Shown here: positions 30,333 to 43,692 of the stretch, piece after piece
How the letters are laid out: every line of letters begins with the position of its first letter
Position numbering within the stretch: position 1 is the stretch's first letter
Assembly: GCA_963727445.1 (NCBI GenBank)
Contig: CAVSGI010000014.1
Coordinates: 96,001 to 160,000 of the forward strand
DNA length: 64,000 bases
Reading direction: 5' to 3'
Source: an uncultured delta proteobacterium
GTDB taxonomy: Bacteria; Myxococcota_A; Polyangia; Polyangiales; B10-G4
Translations under genes and position numbers: made by a program
The notes under the pieces: model-generated
Told to the model about the DNA's origin: nothing
The model's database searches: none
Seen by the model: the letters and a program-made list of their open reading frames with translations, nothing else

Positions 30333-30751
30333 ATGAGGTATCTCCACACCATGGTGCGGGTGAAGGACGTCGATGCATCCCTTCACTTCTATTGCGATCT
30401 CCTCGGCCTCGAAGAGGTCCGAAGGCGCGACAGCGAAAGAGGTCGCTTCACGCTGATCTTCCTCGCGGCGCCGGGCGATCACGAGGCGCAGATCGAGCTC
30501 ACCTACAACTGGGATCCCGAGGACTACGGAAGCGGGCGCAACTTCGGCCACATCGCCTACGCGGTCGACGACATCTACGCGCTCTGCGAGCGCCTCGCGA
30601 AGGGTGGCGTGACCATCAACCGCCCGCCGCGCGACGGCCACATGGCCTTCGTGCGATCCCCGACGGGATCAGCATCGAGCTGCTGCAGCGAGGCGAGGCC
30701 CTGGCCCCGAAGGAGCCCTGGGCGAGCATGGAAAACACGGGGACCTGGTGA
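30333..30751 (+). CDS. gloA: Lactoylglutathione lyase (glyoxalase I); frameshift near 30660
   Basis: [44 protein letters not shown]. Confidence 0.9.
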
Positions 30752-31335
30752 ACGATCGCGCACGGCGTCTGGTGGTGGTGCACCGCTGGAGCGGTCGGCC
30801 CGACGTCGCGTTCTATCCGTGGCTCAGGCGCCGGCTCACCCGCATGCGTCCAGCGCTCTTCGACGAGGTGCGCGTGCCGGTCATGCCCAACCCCGACAAG
30901 CCCACCATCGACGAATGGGTGAAGGCCGTCGGCGACGTCGTCGGGCGACCGACCCAGGCGCTGGCTCGCACCGTGCTCGTTGGGCATAGCGTCGGCGCCC
31001 AGGCGGTGCTGCGCTGGCTCGCGACGCTGCCGCCGGGCGCGCAGGTGCAGGGCGTCCTGCTGGTGGCCGGGTGGTTCACGGTCGACGAGCCGTGGGAGGA
31101 CATTCGCCCGTGGTGCGAGACGCCTCTCGACCTGCCTCGCATTCGTCGCGCCGCGCCGCGCATCCACACGCTGCTCTCGGACGACGATCCCTTCACCGCC
31201 GATCACGCCGCGGCGGCCGCCCTCTTCCGGGAGCGGCTGGGCGCGGAGGTGACGGTGGTGCCCGGCGCGGCGCACTTCAACCGCGAGGAGGAGCCCGCGG
31301 TGCTCGAAGCGCTCTCGGAGATGCTCGGCCGATGA
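30748..31335 (+). CDS. RBBP9/YdeN-family alpha/beta hydrolase
   Basis: FYPWL, MPNPDKP, VGHSVG, SDDDPF, AHFN. Confidence 0.85.
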   Translation: MNDRARRLVVVHRWSGRPDVAFYPWLRRRLTRMRPALFDEVRVPVMPNPDKPTIDEWVKAVGDVVGRPTQALARTVLVGHSVGAQAVLRWLATLPPGAQVQGVLLVAGWFTVDEPWEDIRPWCETPLDLPRIRRAAPRIHTLLSDDDPFTADHAAAAALFRERLGAEVTVVPGAAHFNREEEPAVLEALSEMLGR

Positions 31336-31523
31336 GCTCTCGCGGCGCCGGGGCCCTCCTCGTGGTCCTCGTCGCGCTCGCGATCCTCTCTTGCTTCTCC
31401 TGGGCCTGCGGCGCCGCGTTCAGCCCGGGCCACGGCGATTCGATGTACGACTTCGCCGCGGACGACGAGGACGCAGGCGTGGACGCGGGACGCCAGCCCC
31501 TCGCGCTCGACGGCGGCTCCTGA
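31332..31523 (+). CDS. Small exported/membrane protein
   Basis: ATGA overlap with the upstream gene; hydrophobic N-terminus, acidic tail. Confidence 0.45.
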   Translation: MSSRGAGALLVVLVALAILSCFSWACGAAFSPGHGDSMYDFAADDEDAGVDAGRQPLALDGGS

Positions 31524-31569
31524 GGCTCGTCGACGCAATCGGGGGTAGTCCGGTGCGTGTTGGCGACTG

Positions 31570-31826
31570 CGGGAGCGGGGGCGGGAGCGGGAACGGGAAC
31601 GGGAACGGGAACGGGAACGGGAACGGGAACGGGAATGGGAATGGGAGCGGGAACGGGAATGGGAGCGGGAGCGGGAATGGGAGCGGGAACGGGAACGGGA
31701 ATGGGTGCGGGAATGGGAGCGGGAACGGGAATGGGAGCGGGAACGGGAATGGGTGCGGGAATGGGAATGGGTGCGGGAATGGGAATGGGTGCGGGAATGG
31801 GAATGGGTGCGGGAATGGGTGCGGGG
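31570..31826 (+). repeat. G-rich hexamer microsatellite (GGGAAC/GGGAAT/GGGAGC/GGGTGC), about 43 units
   Basis: Directly visible tandem array; units keep the GGG. Confidence 0.95.
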
Positions 31827-31845
31827 TGAGTCCTTTTGAGCGTGT

Positions 31846-31906
31846 TTCTTGGTCATCGCTGAGACCCCTTCTTGGTTGGGAAAGGGGTCTCAGCGATGAC
31901 CAAGAA
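31846..31906. repeat. 25-bp perfect inverted repeat covering the RBS and start of four-helix-bundle gene A
   Basis: TTCTTGGTCATCGCTGAGACCCCTT (31846-31870) and AAGGGGTCTCAGCGATGACCAAGAA (31882-31906). Confidence 0.95.
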
Positions 31907-32235
31907 CACTCTAATCAGATGATTCATCACAGACTTCGAGTCTGGCAGCGGGCGCATGCGCTCGTAGGGCTCGTGTACGCGAACTTGCCGAAGGATGCGG
32001 AGCTGCGGTCGCAGGTGAAGCGGTCGTCCACCTCGGTCGGGGCGAACATCGCCGAGGGGTGCACGCAGAGCTCACGGGCGATGCGGCGCAAGCACTACGA
32101 GATCGCCCGGGGGTCGGCGGTCGAGACGGTTGCTTGCTCGAACTGGCCGAAGCGACGGGGGATCGCCTGCCCGTCGAGGAGGTCCGGAGCCACGGCGCAG
32201 CCATCGCCGCGATGCTCACGAGAATGCTGCGGTAG
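31896..32235 (+). CDS. Four-helix bundle protein A (23S rRNA IVS protein / Avd-like); indels near 31905 and 32137
   Basis: HRLRVWQRA..L...LP....LRSQVKRSSTSVGANIAEG.....YEIARGSAVE, continuing LELAEATG...AAMLTRMLR*. Confidence 0.85.
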
Positions 32236-32241
32236 ACATTT

Positions 32242-32276
32242 GAGAGCCGGGAGGGTCCTTCGCCCTCCCGGCTCTC
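32242..32276. terminator. 14-bp hairpin between the convergent four-helix-bundle genes
   Basis: GAGAGCCGGGAGGG-TCCTTCG-CCCTCCCGGCTCTC. Confidence 0.7.
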
Positions 32277-32280
32277 GCAC

Positions 32281-33943
<1,663 letters not shown>

Positions 33944-33947
<4 letters not shown>

Positions 33948-34586
33948 GCACCTTCGACGTCGTCGTCCTGGCTTCCGGCCGAGGATCGAACCTCGCCGCG
34001 CTCCTGGATGCCATCGACCAGGGGCGTTGCCAGGCGCGTGTGGTGGCGCTCGTCACCGACCGCCCGAAGGCCGGCGCGCGCGACATCGCCGCCGCGCGTG
34101 GGATCGAGAGCCGCGTCGTCTCCCCTCGGGACCACGAGAGCCGCGAGGCCTGGAACGAAGCGCTCTCGGACCAGATCGCCAAGAGCGACCCAGCGCTGGT
34201 GGTGCTGGCCGGCTTCATGCGCCTCGTCGCCGCGCCGCTGTTGACCCGCTTCGAGGGGCGGATCATCAACATCCACCCCTCGCTCCTTCCGGCGTTCCCC
34301 GGCATCGACGGCCCGGGGCAAGCGATCGCCGCGGGGGTGCGGAATCAGTGGCTGCACCGTCCACCGCGTCGATGCAGGCGTCGACAGCGGTCAGATCCTC
34401 GCGCAAGCCGCCGTCCCCGTGTTCCCGGACGACGACGCGGCGCGTCTGCACGCGCGGATCCAGAAACAAGAGCATCGCCTCCTTCCAGCGGTCGTGGATC
34501 ACATCGCCCGCGGCACGCTCGATGCCGCTGCCGGGCGCGACCGCGACGCCCTGCTCTCCCTCGAGCCGCGAGAGCCGACCTCGTGA
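33944..34586 (+). CDS. purN: Phosphoribosylglycinamide formyltransferase; frameshift near 34343
   Basis: LASGRGSNL, LAGFMR, INIHPSLLPAFPG, then SGCTVHRVDAGVDSGQILAQ and EHRLLP. Confidence 0.93.
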
Positions 34587-36115
34587 GCGGGAGCTACTTC
34601 GACGCCATCGTGATCGGCGACCGTCTCGGACCGCTGGTCTGTGCGGGGCTCCTGGCCAAGCGGGGCTTCCGCGTGCTCCTCGTCACGGGCGACACGCCGC
34701 CGCCTTCGTACGAGGTCGAGGGGGTCACGCTCCCCGCGAGCCCTTCACCTTCCTCGGAGCGGACACCCCCATCGCGCGCCGCGTCTTCTCCGAGCTGGCG
34801 CTCGGCCAGCGCTTTCGCCGGCGCGCAAGAACGGCCGACCCGCCCTTTGGCGTTGCCCTACCAGGACACCGCTTCGACGTCCCGTCCCAGGAAGCGCTTC
34901 TCGAGCGCGAGATCGAACGCGAGTTCCCGAACGTGCGGCGTCCAATCGAAGAGTTCTTCAAGAACCTCCGCGCCGAAAATGAAGCGCTCGACGCCTTCTT
35001 CGGCCGTGACCTGCCCTGGTCTCCCCGCGGCTTCCTCGAGCGGCGCGAGCTGACCCGCGCGAGCGCTCACCTGCCCTTCAATCAGACCGGCAGAGGCAAG
35101 AGCCCCCTCGCCGAGCTCCCTCGGTCGCACCCCTTCCGCATGGCGGTGCTGGCGCCCGTGACCCTGGCGAGCCATCTCGACCAATCGCCACCGACCGAGC
35201 TCGCCGTCTCGCGTCTGCTCGCGAGCTGGTGGCGGGGACCCGCCATCATCGAAGGCGGCTGGGCGCGGTTGTCGGCCATGCTCATCGAGAAGATCCGCAC
35301 CCTCGGCGGCGAGGTGCGCGAACGCGAGCGCTCGACCCGGGTCACCACGTCGCGCGGCGCGGTGAGCGGCGTCCTGCTCTCGAGCTCCGACGAGCCGCTC
35401 GGCGCCGGCTTCGTCATCTGCGGCCACGACCTGTCGCGCACGCTGCGTCTCTTCGAGGATCGCCGCGCCTTCGAGCGCACCTTCGAGACCAAGGGCGAGC
35501 CTCAGACCCGCTACTACCGATTCACGCTGAACCTCGTCCTGCCGAAGAGCGCCATTCCTCAGGGCCTCGCCCGCGACACGCTCTACGTTCGCGATCTGGA
35601 AGGACAGCTCTGGGGGGAAGACCTGCTGCGCATCCATCGAGCCCCGGTGGGCGAGAGCGACCACGGCGTGCTCTCCGTGGAGTCGCTGCTCCCGCGACGC
35701 GGCGTGGAGGAGGTGACCGGCTACCTCGACGGCGCGCGAGAGCGGGTCCTCGCGTCGCTCTCGGAGCTGATGCCCTTCCTGCCCGAGAGCGTCACCCTCG
35801 TCGACTCCCCCCACGACGGCCGTCCACCGACCGACGGGCAGGGCAACGAGAATCTCCGACGCCGAGCCCTGGGGTCGCGGCCCCCGCTCCATGCGCGCCG
35901 TGCACGGCTATCCGGTCCCGGGGGTGCTCGGCGTCAGCGCCCTTCCCTCGCGCACGCCGATCAAACGCTTCCTCTGGGCCAACACCCAGGTCCTTCCCGG
36001 TCTGGGCCTGGAGGGCGAGCTCCTGAGCGCGTGGGAGGCCGCCCGCATCGTCACCAAGAGCGACCGGCGCAAAGACAAGATGCGCCGTGGCCTGTGGACC
36101 AAGGCCGAGATCTGA
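34583..36115 (+). CDS. FAD-dependent oxidoreductase-like protein (phytoene dehydrogenase/GDI fold); frameshifts near 34740 and 35855
   Basis: FDAIVIGDRLGPLVCAGLLAKRGFRVL Rossmann-like start, GGWARL, terminal PGLGLEGELLSAW. Confidence 0.7.
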
Positions 36116-36151
36116 CGGCTACCAGCGCTCGGAGTAGTTTAGACTCGCTGA

Positions 36152-37249
36152 ATGCAAGCCGAGGAACGCCCGCGCATCACCCTCCACCAGCTCTTGCGCG
36201 TGATGATCGAGCGCGGAGCCTCGGACCTCCACGTGACCGCGGGCACACCGCCGCAGCTGAGGCTCGACGGCAGCCTGGTGCCGCTCAAGACGGCGCCCTT
36301 GTCGCCGATCGAGACCAAGCAGCTCTGTTACTCGGTGCTGACCGAAGAGCAGAAGGTGAAGTTCGAAAAGGACAACGAGCTCGACCTCTCCTTCGGGGTG
36401 AAGGGGCTGAGCCGTTTCCGAGCGAACGTGTACATGCAGCGCGGCGCGGTGGCGGGCGCCTTCCGCGCCATCCCGTTCAAGATCTCCACCTTCGAAGATC
36501 TGGGTCTTCCGCCGGTGGTGCAGGAGCTCTGCGGCCTGCCCCGCGGCCTGGTGCTGGTCACCGGACCCACCGGCTCGGGGAAGTCGACGACCCTCGCGTC
36601 GATGATCGACAAGATCAACAGCGAGACGCGCCAGCACATCATCACCATCGAAGATCCGATCGAGTTCCTCCATCCGAACAAGCTCTGCGTGGTGAACCAA
36701 CGCGAGATCGGCATGGACACCTCGAGCTTCTCCCAAGCCCTCAAGTACGTCCTACGTCAGGATCCGGATGTGGTGCTGGTCGGCGAGATGCGCGACCTGG
36801 AGACCATCCAATCCGCGCTGACCATCAGCGAGACGGGTCACCTGGTCTTCGCCACCCTGCACACCAACGGCGCCATCCAGTCGATCAACCGCATCATCGA
36901 CGTCTTCCCACCGCACTCCCAGTCGCAGGTCCGGGCCCAGCTCTCCTTCGTGCTTCAGGCGGTGATCAGTCAGATCCTGGTGGCGCGCACCGACGCCCCG
37001 GGCCGGGCGATGGCCTGCGAGGTCATGATCCCGAACGCCGCCATCCGAAACCTCATCCGCGAGGACAAGGTCCACCAGATCTACTCCGCGATGCAGACCG
37101 GTCAGGGACGCAGCGGCATGCAGACCCTCAACCAATCCCTGCTCCTGCTCTTCCAGCGGGGGATGATCAGCCTCGAAGACGCCCTCGGCCGCTCTCCCGA
37201 GCCCATCGAGCTCCAAACCATGATCGAAGGGGGCCGGCGGCGCCGCTGA
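36152..37249 (+). CDS. pilT: Type IV pilus retraction ATPase PilT
   Basis: GASDLH, VTGPTGSGKSTT, TIEDPIEF, LRQDPDVVLVGEMRD, ETGHLVFATLHT, AIRNLIRE. Confidence 0.97.
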   Translation: MQAEERPRITLHQLLRVMIERGASDLHVTAGTPPQLRLDGSLVPLKTAPLSPIETKQLCYSVLTEEQKVKFEKDNELDLSFGVKGLSRFRANVYMQRGAVAGAFRAIPFKISTFEDLGLPPVVQELCGLPRGLVLVTGPTGSGKSTTLASMIDKINSETRQHIITIEDPIEFLHPNKLCVVNQREIGMDTSSFSQALKYVLRQDPDVVLVGEMRDLETIQSALTISETGHLVFATLHTNGAIQSINRIIDVFPPHSQSQVRAQLSFVLQAVISQILVARTDAPGRAMACEVMIPNAAIRNLIREDKVHQIYSAMQTGQGRSGMQTLNQSLLLLFQRGMISLEDALGRSPEPIELQTMIEGGRRRR

Positions 37250-37395
37250 TGTAGGCTCTGCGCCTACACGCCCAAGTCCGGGGGCCATCCGCGGGTCCAA
37301 GAGCACCGGATCGGCGAGCTCCGCGACGGCGCGGGCAGGTCCGACTCCTTGACGATGATTGTCCCAAGCCGCCAAGATTTCGCAGGGGTTCGTCC

Positions 37396-38367
37396 GTGAC
37401 GCGCGGCATCTTCACCTGGGTCTTCCTCGCGCTCTTGCTCAGCGCCGTCTGGGCACCGTTCGCCTGCGCCCAGAACGCCGAGGAAAGGCGGGCGGCCGGA
37501 CGCGCATACAACCGCGGCTCCACCGCCTACCTCGCCGAGAACTGGGCGGAGGCGGCCCGCTGGTTCGAGACGGCGCACCGACTGGCCCCTGCGGCCCCCG
37601 CGCTCATCCAGGCGGTGCGCTCTCACCGCCTGGCCGATCACCGCCTGCGCGCCGCGACCCTCTCCCTCAGGCTGCTCGCCCTCTACCCGAACGACGAGAG
37701 CGCCACCGCCACCGCGGAAGAGGTGCTGGGCGAAGACGCCGACCGCTTCTTTCGCGTGGACGTCGTCTGCGACGGCTGCACGGTGGACCTCGACGGAACG
37801 CTCCAGGAGCATCCGTCCTTCTTCGTGACGCCGGACGAGCCCCACACCATCACCGCGACCTTCGAGACCGGCCCGGTGAGCGAGACCATCCACGGTGAAG
37901 CGGGTGAGCGCCGGGAGCTCACCTTCGACGCGCCGCCCCCGAGCATCGGCGAAGAGCTGGGGACGATTGAGACGCCGACGGGCGGGGGCAACGCAGACGA
38001 CCAGGTCGTGATACAGCCACCCGACGACGAGGTGGACTCGGGCGGCGGTGGGCTCAATCCGCTCTTCTTCATCAGCTCGGTGGTCCTGACCGCCGGCGCC
38101 GGCGGCCTCCTCATCTGGTCCGGCGTCGACGCCCTCTCCGGAGTCGACGCCTACGAGGCGGATCCGACCGACGCTCGCCTCGCCGAAGGGCAGAGCAAGG
38201 AGCTCCGCACCAACATCCTGATCGGTGTGACCGGCGGCCTCGGCATCGTCAGCGCGGTCCTGCTCTTCCTCACGGATTGGGGCGGCAGCGACGACGAGGA
38301 GGAGCTCGACGTCGCCCTCGCCCCGATCGCCGGCGGCGGCGCGGCCTTCGTCGGAGGGCGCTTCTGA
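37396..38367 (+). CDS. Exported TPR/PEGA-like protein with a hydrophobic hairpin and C-terminal GGRF
   Basis: Signal peptide, TPR-like helices, beta domain, two hydrophobic segments, terminal Phe. Confidence 0.7.
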   Translation: MTRGIFTWVFLALLLSAVWAPFACAQNAEERRAAGRAYNRGSTAYLAENWAEAARWFETAHRLAPAAPALIQAVRSHRLADHRLRAATLSLRLLALYPNDESATATAEEVLGEDADRFFRVDVVCDGCTVDLDGTLQEHPSFFVTPDEPHTITATFETGPVSETIHGEAGERRELTFDAPPPSIGEELGTIETPTGGGNADDQVVIQPPDDEVDSGGGGLNPLFFISSVVLTAGAGGLLIWSGVDALSGVDAYEADPTDARLAEGQSKELRTNILIGVTGGLGIVSAVLLFLTDWGGSDDEEELDVALAPIAGGGAAFVGGRF

Positions 38368-39989
38368 TGGCCCAGCCGGCCCCCATGGGCGACGTCATGT
38401 CCCTCGCGGGCCAGCGGCTCGGGCGCTACGAGATCCTCACGCAACTGGCGTCGGGCGGCATGGCGAGCGTCTACATCGCGCGCGCGCAGGGGGTGGCCGG
38501 CTTCGAGCGCCTGGTCGCCGTCAAGGTGATGCATCCCCACCTCGCCCACGAGGAGGAGTTCATCCAGATGTTCCTCGACGAGGCGCGGCTGGCGGCGCGC
38601 ATCCGCCACCCGAACGTCGTGCCCACCCTCGACATCTCCGACACCGACGGGCGCGGGTTCTACCTGGTGATGGACTACGTCGAAGGCGATCACCTGGGCG
38701 CGCTCCTGCGTGGGGCGGTCACCAAGCGAGAGCGCCTCGATCCTGGCGTCGCGGTCCGCGTGGTCCTGGACGCGCTCGCTGGGTTGGCCGCCGCGCACAC
38801 GCTCACCGGTGTGGACGGCAATCCGCTCAACCTCGTCCACCGCGACATCTCACCGCACAACATCCTCGTCGGCGCCGACGGCGTCTCGCGGCTGACGGAC
38901 TTCGGCGTCGCGAAAGCAGAGGTGCGCCTGTCCTCCACGCGCGATGGGCAGTTCAAGGGAAAGCTCGGCTACATGGCGCCGGAGCACGCCTCGACCGGCC
39001 TCGCCGACCAGCGCTCTGACATCTTCTCGATGGGTATCGTCCTGTGGGAGTGCCTCGCGTCGAAGCGCCTCTTCCGCGGCGAGAACAACGCGGCGACGCT
39101 GAGCAAGATCCTCAGCATGCCGGTGCCGATCCTGGCGGAGCTCTCCCCCGTCCTCGCTCCCTTCGACGACGTGTTGGCGCGTGCGCTCGCGCGGCCGCCG
39201 GAGGAGCGCTTCCAGACCGCCGACGCCTTCCTCGAGGCGCTCGAGGAAGCCTGCGCTTCGGGGAACATCTCCCCCGCGAGCCCGCGGCAGGTCGCCAAGG
39301 CGGTGATGGAGCACGCCGGCGAGAAGGTCGACGCCGAACGCGCGCGCATCAAGGAAGCCATCGCGACCTACGGCGCGAGCTCGCTGACCGAGACGCCGCT
39401 GCCCCGCCCCTCCGATGGCTCGTCCTCGAAGACCTACCGCAAGGACGGCGTCGACCACGGCCAAGACGTGGTCACGATGGCCGCTCGGCCCTCTGCCGTC
39501 ACCGGAGAGCAGGAGCAGCAAGCGCCGAAGCGGGGATGGGTGCTCCCGGTCGCGGTCGTGGGCGGCCTCTTGCTGGTGGGTGGTGCGATCGCGGCCGCGG
39601 TGATCCTGATCCAGCGTGCCGACGCGCCCCCACCCGACGCCCAACCGACCTTCCACGTGATCGAGGGCAACGCGCCCAGCGCGGGAGCGGAGCCGGAGGC
39701 CGAGCCGCCCGAGGGGACGACCCCGCCCCACCTGGACGAGATCGCCCCCGAGCTGGAAGCGGCCGACTCCGAGGGCACGGAGGGACAGCCGAGCGAGGGC
39801 GGGCCCGAGGAGGCCAGGGAGGGGCAGAGCGGCGAGGAATCGGTGGCCCAGACCTCTGCCCGCCGGCGCGCCCACGGCATGCGCCGCACCGCCATGGCCC
39901 AGCACGACATGGGCATGGCCGAAACCGAGCCTCCCGCGATGGGGATGAGCCCGGGCGGCGATCTCATCGCCAACCCCTACACCCAGTGA
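38367..39989 (+). CDS. Hanks-type Ser/Thr protein kinase with TM segment and NPY-containing tail
   Basis: LASGGMASVY, VAVK, HPNVV, HRDISPHN, DFGVAK, YMAPE, DIFSMG. Confidence 0.95.
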   Translation: MAQPAPMGDVMSLAGQRLGRYEILTQLASGGMASVYIARAQGVAGFERLVAVKVMHPHLAHEEEFIQMFLDEARLAARIRHPNVVPTLDISDTDGRGFYLVMDYVEGDHLGALLRGAVTKRERLDPGVAVRVVLDALAGLAAAHTLTGVDGNPLNLVHRDISPHNILVGADGVSRLTDFGVAKAEVRLSSTRDGQFKGKLGYMAPEHASTGLADQRSDIFSMGIVLWECLASKRLFRGENNAATLSKILSMPVPILAELSPVLAPFDDVLARALARPPEERFQTADAFLEALEEACASGNISPASPRQVAKAVMEHAGEKVDAERARIKEAIATYGASSLTETPLPRPSDGSSSKTYRKDGVDHGQDVVTMAARPSAVTGEQEQQAPKRGWVLPVAVVGGLLLVGGAIAAAVILIQRADAPPPDAQPTFHVIEGNAPSAGAEPEAEPPEGTTPPHLDEIAPELEAADSEGTEGQPSEGGPEEAREGQSGEESVAQTSARRRAHGMRRTAMAQHDMGMAETEPPAMGMSPGGDLIANPYTQ

Positions 39990-40075
39990 AGCCACCCCAT
40001 CTGGACGGTGGTCCAGGGCACGTTCTGCTCCGCTTTTGACCGCGTGCTCGGCCCTGGCTTAGGATCGGCGGGACG

Positions 40076-41287
<1,212 letters not shown>

Positions 41288-41318
41288 CGGCGAGACGCGG
41301 CGCCGGGACACGACCCGA

Positions 41319-42979
41319 GTGAGCACCGCAGTCGACACCACCGGTGGTCTCGCCCCCGGCCTCGACGACCGCGCGGTCGTCCGGCGTCGCCTGCAATGGC
41401 TGATGCTGGCGCGCCTGCTCTCCGCCAGCATCCTGCTCGGGGGCACCATGGTGCTCGCCGTCGCCGAGCGACGGCAGCTTCGCGCGCTTCACGCCCCAGG
41501 TGCTCCTGTGGCTGATCGTCAGCACCTTCGCAGCGTCCCTCGGGTTCGCCATCTGGCTGCCGCGGGCGGCCTCTCTGAGGCGGCTGGCAGCGGTACAGAT
41601 CGTCACCGACCTCCTGGTGGTGACCGGGTTGGTCTTCGTCTCGGGGGGCGTGGCGAGCGTCTTCACCTTCCTCTACGGCGTGGTGATCCTGATGGCCGCG
41701 CTCCTCATCGGGCCGAGCGCGAGCCAGAAGGTCGCGGTGGTCGCGGTGCTCGGCTACACGGTGATGGGCGTCTCGATGGCGACCGGATGGCTGCCCCACC
41801 CTCCCGATCAGGCCGCCGACCGCTACCTCCTCGACCTCGAGGACATCGGCTTCTCCCTGGTATCCAACATCGTCGGCCTCAGCCTGGTCGCGGCGCTCGC
41901 CGGCAACCTGTCGCAGCGGCTGCGTGCCGCAGGCGGTGAGCTGCGCCGCGCCACCGAGAGCGCCACGCGCCTGCAGCGACTCAACGACGACATCGTCCGC
42001 TCCATCAGCTCGGGCCTGTTCACCGTCGACGCCGACGGCCTCGTCGTCTCCGCCAACCCAGCGGCGGCGATCATCTATCGCACCAGCGCCGACGCGCTCG
42101 TGGGGAGGAAGGTGGACGGGCTCCTGCCCCTCGACGGAGACGCGCGCAGGGGCGAAGGCGAAGGGTCCCGTCCCGATGGAAGCGTCTTCATGGTCGGTTG
42201 GAACAGTGCGCCGCTCGTCGACGAGGCAGGAGAGTCGACCGGAACGCTCTACTCCTTCCAAGACCTGACGGAAATCGTGGAGCTGCGCAACGCGGCGCGC
42301 AAAGCGGAGCGCCTGGCCACCCTCGGCGGCCTCTCCGCCGGCCTCGCCCACGAGATCCGCAACCCACTCAGCTCGATCTCGGGCTCGGTGGAGCTCGTCC
42401 GCGAAGCCGAGGGGCTGTCGGAGGTGGACCGGCGGCTGCTGAGCACCGTGATCAGCGAGGTCGATCGCCTCGAGGATCTGGTGACCACCATGCTCTCCGT
42501 CGGGCGCCCGCGGCCCCTCGACCGCGCGAACCACGACCTGTCGGAGATCGCGGCGCAGGTGGCGACCATGGCCGAGCAGGGGCCGGCGCCAGCGCGGGAC
42601 GTCGCCATCGCGCTCGAGACGCCCGACGAGCCCGTGCACGCCTTCGTCGACGGGGCCCAGGTGCGGCAGGTGATTCTGGAACCTCCTCAAGAACGCGCTC
42701 AGCGCCACACAGCCGGGCGGCACGGTCACCCTCGGTGTGGCGAGCCTTCCGGACGGGCGCGCCGAGATTCGGGTGCAGGACCAAGGCGCCGGGATCGACG
42801 AAGAGGCTCGAGGACGTCTCTTCGAATCGTTCTATTCCGGCCGCCCCCACGGCGTGGGCCTCGGCCTCGCGCTGGTGAAACAGATCATCGATGCACACGA
42901 AGCGGAGATCCAGGTCGACAGTGAGCCCGGGAAAGGCTCGCGCTTCGTGGTGGTCTTTCCCGCTGTTCGCGAACGCTAG
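41319..42979 (+). CDS. pilS: PilS-like membrane PAS histidine kinase; frameshifts near 41465 and 42675
   Basis: Multi-TM N-terminus, PAS domain, AHEIRNPL H-box, NLLKNA, DQGAGI, GVGLGLA; follows pilC. Confidence 0.85.
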
Positions 42980-43662
42980 CGCAAGTGACGCGTGATCAGG
43001 TCGTGAACGCGCGGATGAAAGAGAATCTCGTTGTGCCCCACGCCCTCGACGCGGTGCACCTCGGCGCCTGCGAGGGCGCCGGCGCTCTCGGGTGGATTGC
43101 AGAGGCGGTCGGCGCCGGCGACGATCGCGACGTGTCTCAGATCCGGCCGCTCGGCGTGGCGCGCGTCGAGGCGCCGCAGCACCGCTCCCCCGGGCCGGAG
43201 GACGGTGGCCGGACCAGCGGGGAGATGCCGAACGGCGGTGGTCCCGGCGTGCGGGGTCGCGATGGTCAGGACGCGGTCTACCCGGTCCCCGAAGGGCGTT
43301 TCGTGAACGAAGGCGCGCGCCACGATGCCGCCCAGGGAGTGCCCGACGAGAGAGATCTTCGCGTCTTTCGGAACGTGGGCATCGACGTGCGCGACGAAGC
43401 GCTCGAGCACCGCCTCGAAACGACCCAGGGGCCCGTAGGTGAAGTCGAGGGTGACGACGCCCAGCTCCCGCTCCACCCGCTCGCGCAGCGGATCGAAGAC
43501 GGGCCCGGCGGCGAGGTAGCCGTGCACGAAGACCGCGACGCGCTCGGCCTCGATGGCCTTCGGACGGCGCAACAGGCCTCGCGCGATCAGGGATCCCTGT
43601 CGCGCGAGTGCGGCGAGCTCACGTCGGCGTTCACCGTACATCGGGCCAATGGAGGCTAGCAT
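42976..43662 (-). CDS. Lipase-family alpha/beta hydrolase
   Basis: FVHGY, VGHSLGG, IATPHAGT, GHNEIL. Confidence 0.85.
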   Translation of the reverse strand: MLASIGPMYGERRRELAALARQGSLIARGLLRRPKAIEAERVAVFVHGYLAAGPVFDPLRERVERELGVVTLDFTYGPLGRFEAVLERFVAHVDAHVPKDAKISLVGHSLGGIVARAFVHETPFGDRVDRVLTIATPHAGTTAVRHLPAGPATVLRPGGAVLRRLDARHAERPDLRHVAIVAGADRLCNPPESAGALAGAEVHRVEGVGHNEILFHPRVHDLITRHLR

Positions 43663-43692
43663 CGTCGGTGCGGAACGGCACCTGAGGCGCCT

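Noticed and set aside
31203..31856. ORFs with (SR/SH)n, (GN)n or (GT/GM)n repeats, and the (FP)n ORF at 32505-33638
   Set aside because: These are read-throughs of stop-free hexamer microsatellites and overlap real genes.
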